64,000 bases of DNA from positions 41,540,001-41,604,000 of the forward strand of contig NC_045138.2 of NCBI RefSeq assembly GCF_008831285.2, given 5' to 3'. The position numbers and the translations under genes were made by a program. The stretch is from Nymphaea colorata (Eukaryota). Under the pieces are notes generated by a model, which did not search any database, was not told the origin of the DNA, and was given only the letters and a program-made list of their open reading frames with translations. Below, in pieces: positions 37,801 through 49,909 of the stretch. Positions within the stretch are counted from its first letter, which is position 1; each line of letters begins with the position of its first letter.

Positions 37801-40800
37801 TAAAACAGGTATGATTTCCCAAATGAAGCAAAATCAGACTTTTAAGCGACTCAGATGATCACAAACTAACAACCAAGATACTGATTCAGTTTGATCATGG
37901 ACATAACATCAAACATCAATGTACTTGAGCAAACCCAAACACAGATGCTGATCAAAGATTCAAAACTACATTATCTAAAACAACCCCATCTAAGAATATT
38001 CCCAATCGGATGGAAAATACAGCTCTAGTCTCTTCATAATGTCTGAAAGGGCTGAGAAGAGAGGATAGTAGACATATAAATGTAACTGAGTAAAAAAAAA
38101 TCTGTGAGAAATATACAAATGCATTGTGATAGTTTATGCAGAAACACTGAGAAGAATTAGAGATAGTGACCTCCATTCCCAAATAACAGAGAGAAGCACC
38201 AGTGACATTCCAATCTAAAACTGCCTTTCCTGAACTGAGTTTTATTCCCTGTCTACGAAGAGCAAGCGAAGCAAGCCCATCCGCAAAACAAAATCCAGGA
38301 GCTAGCCTGAAAATTTTCTGGGACACAAAGAAAAGATACCATGACAATAAGTCTCAACGATAGAAAGCCACTCAGAAAAAGTAACTGAAATTATCCAAGC
38401 ACAAATCAAGCATGACAATCAATTTACTGAAGCCAATCCCCCCTTTAAAACCTCCTAGGAAAAAGATTATGACAACAACAAAGATACACCGAAGCTTCTA
38501 CCTATCCAGTTTAAAGATCACACTTCATAAGTTTATAAACATCAGATATTAGATCAAGTAGGAAGTTTATACTTGAAAATTGAAATGAAAAACAAACAGT
38601 AAAGAAACAGAATTGCTCCCAAAGATTTTGGAAACATGAATTGGCAAGTTAAAGCAGCATAAAACATTCATTCTGTAGAATCTTAAACAAGGAACGGCCA
38701 TTATAAAAAAGTATTTATGTTCCAAAATGAAAAACAATACCAGCACATGATGCAGAAGCTGGAATTTGTGTATCGTGCATGTACATGTGAATCTTTGTTA
38801 AACATGATTTCACATTGTTCTCCGCTGAAAAAGCCAGAGCTAATGCTATTGGACATATATGTGTCAAAATTTTTAGTTCAGCCATCGACAAAGTGGTCAC
38901 ACCACAAGGATACAAGTTAGGCATGACATCTGAGTTCTGACATGATTGGCAAACAGGAGAATAGCCTGTAAAGCATAAACATGAAACAAAAAATGTCCAG
39001 AAAATTTAAGCATGGAACTGCACAATGGGGCACTAAAATACCTTAAGAAAAATATTCACGCTTTTAGTAGCTTTTATGAGGCCCATTATAAATGATATAA
39101 CCATAAGAATAAGGCCACTGAAGAAGTGAACCAAGAGGACTATGTTCTGCAAAGAAAAGTAAATAGTTAAGCAACATCCTATACAAGATTGACCAAATTT
39201 GATGGAAATAGAACCCTCTGAAACAATGCCTGTGCAACTGAATGATCTGTAAAGAAGAAGGTAAGGCAATATGTTGAAGCAGCAACTGCTAGTCCATATT
39301 CCAAAAATAAGAATATTGTTGGCCAGAAACAGCCAACCCCAATAAATTGATCAAGGCCTGCGCCAGAACACAGCAAAGAGTTAACATATTTCTAGGTGTC
39401 TTAATGATTAAAAAGGGGATACAGATCCTAGACAAGAATGGCCAGCCAGAAAAATCAATGTGCAGAGAAACAAAAGGAAAATAATTTGTTCTAAAAAGAG
39501 TGCATTCAAATAAAGACAATGACAGCATAGCGGGAGAGAGAGAGAGAGGGGGGGAGTAGCAGTATAACAGGTCACATCATACCAAATATTGCAAAGAGAA
39601 GCATTGCTAGAAAAGTAGGGAAGAGAAAGCTGATGAAGTCCCAAATGTATATGGAAATCCAATATGACACGACAGACACCTGGCTTCAATCATAACCAAG
39701 TTTGTCACAATTAATGAAAGACAAATATCATCATATAAAGGAATTCAAAACTGCAGAGTAAAGGTCGTACCCCACTGATAAGCTGTTGGTGTTTAGCCTT
39801 GACTTCTCGCTCCTTCAAAAATCCATAAATTAATAAGAAAATGTAAAACACAAACATACACAGCAAGAGGGAGAGAAAGCACAGAGTTACAGAAAATACC
39901 ATAATTAATGTGACAATATAGATAATCAATAAGGGGTATTTCAAAAGTATCACAATCTTCTGAAATCACTTGATCTCTTAATTTGATTCTAGCTTATAGG
40001 ATATGACATGCAACCTAATTCTGGATTAGTTTTTAGCTGAACGTCAATGAAAATAAAATATCAGGGACCTAGTCAGAAATTGCAAAATCAATTTAAGAAT
40101 ATCTTGATCATCAAAATCCAAATTACTACAGAATCACAGGTTAGTCAACCTCTCAAGTTTCATACCACATTAACAGAGAGAAAAGAGATGCAACATGAGA
40201 AGAGAATGATGATGCCAGTCTAGTTCAATAGACCATGCAGCTTCAATTTAAAAGCCTCGAATATGGACAATGGATGCTTTCTACTATACCTTTACAATAG
40301 CAACTGCAAATGAGGAAGGTATAAAGGAGAAAGCAATATTAATAATAATTGCAGCTGAAAATGCATCCAAATCCTACAAAATGGAAAGAGAGTTACTTTT
40401 ATTTTTGACAGTTCACTTCCAGGAAAGAAATTAATGAATTAACTTCTCCATAGTAACACTAGCACTAGTACAAGAATATAATTGAAAAAAAACATGATAA
40501 TGCCAGGGGTAAAAACAGAAAGTCACAAGTGTGTTAGACCTTAGAAGTTAGAACTTAGAAGGCCGAAGACTAAAAAGAAGAAACTAAAAAGCCAGTAATA
40601 TAAACAAAATTAAAATTAAATTAAACTGATCCATGATCGGGTGAAATAAGCTCCGCCTCCACCTAAACATCCACTTTGGGATATGGAAGTCTTATATTCC
40701 ATGATACTCCAAAATATGTGCTTCAATATGCCACTTACTGGGGTTTTGTTAACTCTGCCTCTTATATTTCTACTTCTAAGTGAAGGTAGAAAGCAATGCC

Positions 40801-43800
40801 CATAGGCTGAAGTCACTCTCAAGTTGTGCATAAATTTGAATTATGGATAACTGGATTTTCAAGAACCAAAATCAATCCTTTGTCAGAACTCTCTCCGCCT
40901 CCACCTAAACATTCACTTTGGGATATGGAAGTCTTATATTCCATGATACTCCAAAATATGTGCTTCAATATGCCACTTACTGGGGTTTTGTTAACTCTGC
41001 CTCTTATATTTCTACTTCTAAGTGTAGGTAGAAAGCAATGCCCATAGGCTGAAGTCACTCTCAAGTTGTGCATAAATTTGAATTATGGATAACTGGACTT
41101 TCAAGAACCAAAATCAATCCTTTGTGAGAACTCTCATATATAAATCCACCATCTGATTTTCCTTGCAATAAAAATGAAGCTCAATTTATTTATCGTCAAC
41201 CTTTTGTCTCATGAAATATCCTGTCTGGCAGTAACAAGCTTTTATTGTGTTTAACCTTCTCCATGGACCCTCGAAACAACTTAGCGGTCATAAAAACTTG
41301 AATTGTCTTTATTTTGGAGGACAGCTATAGGCTCTTACACAAAAAACTATGCAATCTACAATTCTCTTGCATTAAATCAGCCCTAACCTTTATTCTTTTA
41401 CATTAAATCTTTTATCATTTTAATTTTAAAGTTTAAATATATATCGTAATGCATGGGACATGGACATATCACATGTTACACCCAATACAGTACAGCAATA
41501 CCCCTTTGTAGGGGTATATCAACACAAACTAACATAATAAAATGAAAACATAAATCTAACTTAGCATGTTAGAAACAAGAACTATATATATGTTTTATGG
41601 TAACAAAAATCGCGTTTTATTCGAAAAAAACGCGATAAATTAAATGGCAATTTAAAACTTTAAAAAAATGCATTTTTTTTTAATGTTAAAAACGAAAAAA
41701 AAAACGCGTTTTGAACACATTTTTAACGTGCTTTTTTGGGGTTTTTTTTTCAAACTCGCCGTATTACCCAAGAAAAACCTCACCGTTTAAAACTCCGAGA
41801 CATTATTTGTGACTAGGGTTAAAGCAATAAACTAAAACATGTAACCAACAGAGAAATGAAGAAGAATGTAGAAAAAAATTAAAGGAAAAAAGGAAGAAGA
41901 TAAGGGTTGGTGGCCACGCGAAGAGAGAGAGAGAGTCATGCATTTGGGTTAAGCATTTAAAGTGGATCATCTTTCTTCTTAATTAGAAAAAGTGACGCAA
42001 CAAACAGAACATTGTATTTCATTGTATTGCAAAATACTTTTCAAAAACTAGCTACCATTTTTCAAAGATTTTAGAAGTGGCGCATGAATTTCTTTTTTAG
42101 TTTTGGAGGGTCGAAGGCCTCAAGGCACGCTGTGCAGAAACTTTGGGGGGATAAATTGCTTGACAAAAAATTTTATGTAGAACTTTGTTTTCTGAAAAAG
42201 TGGGGCAAGCTCCACCTGGCTACATGTACTTTTGAGTCAGGCATAATTACAACCACCTTCAATTAGAAGAAAATCTTGGCTCCAAGAAACAACTCTTATC
42301 AGGTTCATCTACCATAGACCTTCCACCTTTCATCATAGAAGTTCACAAGTCAACAACTTTTGTAAAAGATGATTGATGTACACAGCCATGCATGCAGCCG
42401 TGCATGTGGATCAATTGTTAATAAGTAGCATTGGCCAACGAATGTGATCTATTCTGCAATTGATATATCCAGGAAAACTTCAACAGCTCAAAGACAACAT
42501 CCACAGTCACAAAAACAGATATAAGGAACAAGAACACACATGAGATAACTTCACACACGTGTACAAAGTAGAGAAGAGAAAGATAAAAAAACTTAACGCA
42601 CATGGTGCTGTGAGTGTTGAGTAGCTGTCATTGGCAGGGGATGGTTCCGAGTATGAATAACCATATTCCCATCATTCATAGCAAGTTTTAGAATTGCACT
42701 ATTCACAAGATTGATATAAGTTGGAGCTCCATGCTGACAGGAACAGTTGTGAAGCACAGTATAAGCAATGCTGCCATCCCCATTTTGGTCATCCATTAAA
42801 ACCGCACCATATCTAGCAATTGTAGACGACCATCAAATGAGCATTTAGGTAAAAGGGAAGCAGTAACATATAATAATAACAATAGTAAGAGTAATAGTAA
42901 TAACAATAGCAACACCAACAACAACAATAATAATAACCATTAATAGTAATAGAGATGGCTGGTCCAGAAGAAATATACGAAATCAAACCAAGCCTATAAC
43001 CTGGGCAACCAAAAATATGAATATGATTATTAGCATACTAAGGTGCATATCTTCTATTGGATGACGGAAATTCTACATAATAAGAACTCCTAAAGGACAT
43101 TAAAGGCACAAATAAAGATATGAGATGAGGTTTGTAGCCATAAGGAAATCCAGCATGGACTTGAGGGCCTCCCAAATACAATCCTTTTAAATGAATTAGG
43201 CTGTCATAGCAGATATGAGACCCAAAAAGAAGATGCTCTATAGACAAAAGAAATTTGCTGCGGAACTGAATTCCCTGTAACCCTTAGAACAAAGACAAGA
43301 AGGATTATTTACCCTTCTATGGAATAGCACATTTCGTAAATATTTATACTTATCTGGCATATACATGTTTACTCAGAAAAGATCGCAAGCTTGCCTTATG
43401 GACCGTCTGATTCACTTGCAAATGTTAATGTCCTCTCCCAGGTGATGAGGGAGATGAGTGAGTTAGTATTAGATCAACCTTTTGGAAGGATAAGTCAAAA
43501 TCATGTTGTTCATTGGGAAATGAAGACTTGCAATTAGAGAAACTAGAACAACGAATCACATTTTGTGTGGTTTGGCACTATACAGTGATAGGGTTGGGGT
43601 TAACCACTGTACCTTCCGGACAATTTGTCTACAGGTATTCTAAACAAAGCACCTTGAATGTTTAGCCAAGCACTGAAAGTGTGAGAAAAAGTTCAAGTTG
43701 GTGTTTATAACTTTATATTGGCTCATGAGATACTTGATGGAATCTATACTAGCAACCTGTTAGATTACATGTAAGTACACTTATGTATGTTTATGGACAC

Positions 43801-46625
43801 TATCGTATATCATGTTCTTGTTAGCATGATGTATGATTTGTTATGTAAACATATGTAGTATACATAGGTTATTTTTATGTACTTTTATTTTTCTTGATGT
43901 ATTTTTCTACCTTTGCATTTCACCTTATGTCTTTTTTAGCTCAGCTGAACCTATTTATTTCTGTTCAGCTGAGGTAGCTGTTGGCTAGCCCCAACAGCTA
44001 GTTTTATAGCCATTGGAGCTGGCTCAACTGCTAACTTCCGTTATTTCATCTGTCTCCTCTATATATTAGAGGTGTTTATCCTTTGTAATGTTAAGGCTTT
44101 TGATGCCTGGTTGTCTATCTTTTTGAGCAGTGATCTAAGTTGTTTTTCCCTCGGCCTGAGTGTACCGTGATAAGTGTTGGTTGTATGCTCAAAAAGTCTG
44201 GTTTTAAGAGGGAAGCTCCCCGCTGTTTGTGTTCTGAATAACACTACCATGATACCTATCCAGCATGCAGAGGGATATGCTAAAATATGCAACATCATGA
44301 AGACATGCTTCAAGGATATGAAAACAGGACATGCTTCAAGTTCAAGGAACTTCAATGACTCAAAATATTTGAGAACTGATAATCAAGACAGAGACTGTAA
44401 ACAGAAAATAGACAAGACATACTGGAATCTCACATACCTTGACTGGTAAGATTCATTCAAGCTTGTTATCAGATATTCACTCATAGATAAAAGTGATGGC
44501 CCTAATATTGGCCCAGCTACTTCAATAGAATCAAAAAGCGCTCTCCCTGTATTTGGAAACCTGTAGGACCTCAGCTCAGCCTTCTGACTCCAACCACCTT
44601 CCATAAATGATGCCACCTGCACCACAAGCAACAGAGCATCAGAGAATCCAAGACACATTAAAATGATGACATATCAAACTGTGTCTAAATAAAAAAAAAA
44701 CTCAGGCCAAGAGAAAAAGATGACCTGATTAGATATTTGTGTGGAAAGATTGAAAGGAATAGGACCACCACCACCTCCACCTTGTAGTAATGGATTAAAA
44801 TGAGATGTTGTCAGGGTTATTGATTCCTGATCAGGATGTGGTTTTAACTTGAGGAAAAGAAGACCAAGGAACAAAAATAAAGCTGGGATAAGAAGCTGAA
44901 AGATAATTGTTTTTCTATCTCTTCGAGCAATTGTGGCTCTCTTTATGAGAAGAGCTCTCAAATGTTGGCAGAATCTGAATCTGAATAGATCTCCACAGCC
45001 ACAGCATTGCAATTTAAATATATTTAAGAAACCAAATAAAGTGGTGATGATCAGATTGACAATAAAACCCAGTGCAGAAAAGGTCTTCCCAAGAGGGACC
45101 CAATAAGCACAAAGTAACAGATTCCCATTTGGTTCATTACTTGTAAGACAAGATGAAGAAGCATGTGGAGGAATCCATTCATCTGAGTGATCAGCTTTAT
45201 CAAGAATGACAGGTTTTATTTCATCCAAATCACATCCAGCAACTCTAAGGAAAACTTCCTCCAAAGTTGTCACAGATATACCATAACTCTCAATACCAAT
45301 ACAAGATTCTTCACTACAACCGCTTTTCTCCAGTAAAGCACCTCGCCTTTTTGTGTTACTTTCAATTTCCATAAACATACCCTCAAAGGATGACGAAGAG
45401 GACAATGGAAGTCTGAAAGATATCTCGCTTCCCACCTGCACAACCAATTCGCACAAAAGGCCATAGTCATCAATATAAAAAAAAGGAGACAATATATCAG
45501 TTGATTTGAATATAAATGCATAAGGGAAGGTTTTGGTACACAAAACTAGAAAATTTGCAAAGTATAGGCCACAAGAATTGAGCTCAAATTAACTGAAAAG
45601 GCCAAGCTTTCAACTTCAGGAATAAGTGGAATAAAAGGTTCTAATGGATTACAGATTACTACTGTCAGCTATTTTTTGGGGAAAAAAATCCTAATTGTCA
45701 ATCTCTGTGAGAGAGATTGTGTAGGAATCCTAGTATTAAAAAATTAAGAAATTTGCATAGTTTCCAAAAGCTATGTAACACACATGAAGGGCGCAGTTCC
45801 GGTTGTGGGTGTTGCACTTTTCAAAAGAACATGGCGTCCAAGTATGGCGAGTATATATAATAGGGTTGGAGTGGTCCAGCTGCGAGTGGAAGAGGTGTAA
45901 AGTGCGGGGAACGGGAGAGCAGCAAGGTTTTCAAAATGAACCAATTTTCTTTCCCTTAAAAGAGGGCCACAGTTTCAGATTGAGTTGAACAGTACAGGCT
46001 AACTTCATCAATTATACGCCACTACTTATCAGCATTGGTGTACAGCCTTTGCAGGGGGACCAATTAAATGTGTATAAGATGATTTTACTCACAACATTAC
46101 CAAACATAGGTGAGCACTCACTGATGATGACCCTGGCATTTGCTACTTCACTTCATCCATTTTTTGTGACTTTTGTCACATGAAAACTTATTGGAAGCTT
46201 AATCAATGCTAATGGATATAAAACACACACGAAATTTGCCAACAGTAGCATAGTTCTGAGCATGTTGTTCAATTCCATAAAGGGTATAAAGAACAGAAAA
46301 TAATTTATACATCACTTAGACAAATTGCAGAAGGCACATGGCGACCAACTATGTCACTGGCAGTACGTGCATCAGGGTTACTCTGGAAAAGACCAATAAG
46401 AAAGAAATAACAAGTGGATAAGTACAAAAACCTTAGAATTTCATTGGACAGAGAATGGTGTTCAACGTCCACAGGCAAAAAACTAGAACATGAACAAACC
46501 TTTACTAAAGTAAGTGTATAGCCAACTCCATAACAATGCTTCAAGAACAGAGAACTGCAGTAAAATGAACAATCTCATGTAAAACAAGGCATCACCATCC
46601 ATCAATATCTTTTACATTCTTATTG

Positions 46626-46656
<31 letters not shown>

Positions 46657-49136
46657 CGAATTAACTATACCTTGAATAACTGGAAGATCCAAAAATTAGT
46701 TCAGATAATTTACACAGACACTTGAAAAATAACAATATTGATTTCTCTAACAAACAAAATCACACATTCTTTAAGATAGCAAAAGTGAAGATGAAAAACT
46801 AAAGGAAGCATATGTCCTACATTGCATAGCGAAATTACTAACGTACCATATGCTATATGAAAGAGATAAGTATCACCTTCAATAGCTTTAGTAAAATGCT
46901 CTATTATCTCTTTATTTTCCCTCTAAATTGGAACCATTGTTTTCTATTGCACATGCCAACTTTGTTTACTTGCTTCATGAGAGAGGCATCAGTTGTCAGC
47001 TTCTACTAGCAACTTAGCACTAAACAACATAAAAATGCACATATAAAAATGCTATTGATAAAGTACTGTGGAGCCTACGTTGTAGACATGGACACATAAC
47101 AGATATAATATAAATGAGCTCTCTCTGCTTGCATTAACAAGCAAAAATGAAATATTCCGCTGGCAATATGGATATAACTGTTTAAGCTCAATACAGTAAA
47201 ATGGCCCACGAAAGGAACATGTCTGTCTCAATGCCAGTTGCATGTCATACAGACAAAAAGTTTACTAAGTAACATCTATGTAACCTAGCCGAGCATGCCA
47301 ACCAAAGTACATGTGTACATTGAACTGTAGGTGCAAATGGATTAGATCCAGACTTGGTATTGATAGCTTTTTATAAATCTGAAAAAATTAGCTGATCCGG
47401 AGCTGATCTGTTACCTTCAACAAGCACTTATTCACAATATGCAGAATACATACACAAGGAAGTGCTGTGCACCCAACTGTCTTCCAGTTTTCAAATAATG
47501 GCATTGATTGCACTTCAAAACGTAAATGATTTTTCAATTCCTAGCATTAATAAAAATGTCAAAATTGAATTGCTAGAGCCAACTAAATACCTCCCACAAC
47601 ATCGTAAATAACCATTTGACATGATTGCAATGCGGTCACCTAGCACATCTGCTTCATCCATCGAATGGGTTGTGAGTAAGATTACACGGCCCTTCTTAAT
47701 TCTCTTGATCAGCTGCCATGTAGAGCGCATTGAATATGGATCCATCCCAGTAGTTGGTTCATCAAGAATAACCAACTGTGAATGCAGAAAATAACAGACT
47801 TACAACACAGAGAAACAAAGCTATCTTGTGATTGCACTGAAAAAACAAGTACCTTACTGCCCCCAATAAGAGCTATTCCCAAGGACAGCTTCCTCCTCAT
47901 ACCACCTGATAATGCTCTAACAGCAGTATTTTGCTTGTCAAGCAAGCAAACCTACAGAAAATATCATCACTAAAGTAATGTTTGCTAAGTCACTTATAAG
48001 AGAGTGCAGTTTGTTCAAATTAATAGGCATTTGACTGGAAAGAGTACAAGAGTAGAACGGTGAACTGTTGCCTAATGAAGGTTAATTTTAAGACTACATG
48101 CTTTATTCTATGCAGTTAAAAGCTCTGTGCAAAATTAAGCGGAAACCACACCTCTATCCCTGCGCACCCCCCCCCCCCAAACCCTGCCCCGGAGCCACCC
48201 CCCAAAAAGAAGGAAAAAAAGAAGGCCTAGTCAAAAAAGTGGGGAAGGAGAAGAAAAAAAAGGGAGGGGGGAGGGAAGGAGAACGGGTTTTCGAAATTTT
48301 CCCACCTCAAGCAGTATACTAGAATATAGAAAACACAAATAGAATAGAATTTTGGCACTAAAATTTTTAAAAGAATTTTTTTTTTGAGCCACCTTGGTGT
48401 CTTATTATAGGCCTTCAAGCTGCCATCCAGCAACTAGACATGCTTTTGACTAGGGGTGCTCACGAGCGGAGTTTAAGCTGAACTGGGCCACCTCAAACTT
48501 GGCTCAACTGCCTTAAGCCACAACATGAGCTCGGCTCGAGCTCAAGTCAAGCTCAAGGTGATTAACTAGATATTGGCCCAGCTCGAGCTATAGAAGCTTG
48601 AACTCCGCTTGGCTAAGCTCAAACCAATAGTTGGCTTGAGCTTAGCCCAATCATTTATTAAAAAAGAATTAGCTTTTAATATAAATGGTGGCAAGGAGAT
48701 TTGAACACCGAACCTCATGCTTGTTAGCCACATCCAAACCCATTAGAACTACTCGCGCTTTGTGACAATATATCAAGAAACATCTTCATATATATTCTCT
48801 TTTCGCCAAGCGTAACTGACTTTAACCAAGCCCAGCCTATAGCTCAAGCTCAACTCATTTACTTAATCGAGTTCATTTCTTAAGTCAAACTTGACTCATT
48901 TAATAAACGAGTCGAGCTCTGGTTGAGTTTAACTGAGTGAGTTTGAGTGGAAGCTGAGTTCGGTCAACTCAATGAACATCCTCACTTTTGACTACATATG
49001 TTCTATGTTGCACGGACAATTATAAAAACATGAAGTGTCACCGTGTTGGTGTCAGGCCATGTCAGACACCTACGCCGACACATCTCGACACTCCTTTGAC
49101 ACTTTATTTTTAACACATGAAGTGTCTCATACAGAT

Positions 49137-49173
<37 letters not shown>

Positions 49174-49835
49174 TTGGGAAAAACACTTAAAAAGGAATTT
49201 AAGGACAAAGCCAAATGTCAAATTTTTTGGGGCTCACTGTGTCCGACAACTATGCCCATGTCCAACATTGACACTAGTGTCTGTGCCCATGCAACTTAGC
49301 ATAAGTTCTATCAGAAGCCAATTCAATGGATCAAGTTTTCTCTTATTGAAAATAAAGAAGACAAAGATGTAGGCACCATCCTATGAGCTATGGGCAGTGC
49401 AGTATAGCATGAGAAGAAGTTGTCAAACAAGTAAGACAGAGAGCAAAGTTTATATTGATATATACACACACACATACATATTTTCATATACAAATACATA
49501 TACATGCTAAAACAGATTCATATACAACCTAGTAACCTTTTTTCATTTTTTTTCATTTTTCATTTTATTTTTATTTTACCTAAGTTGAAGCCTACAAATG
49601 TGAATCATGTGATATATAGGTCTGGTTTTAATGAAAACTAGCTTTTGAGCTACGTAACATGGACTCGCCTATTTGAGCACATACTCATGTTAACAAGCCA
49701 CTATGCCAGGACATGGGTGTTATGGGTTGAATGAGGCATTGAGTCAGGTGTAGTGCAGGCACCCAAGGCTTCTCTTATCCCTTTTTAGACAATCAAATTC
49801 GACCAAGTTTAATCTTGTCCAATTCTTGGGGCTTA

Positions 49836-49909
<74 letters not shown>

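Noticed and set aside
40616..41073. Twin near-identical small ORFs ([12 protein letters not shown]...)
   Set aside because: By-product of the 242-bp intronic duplication, with non-ATG starts.
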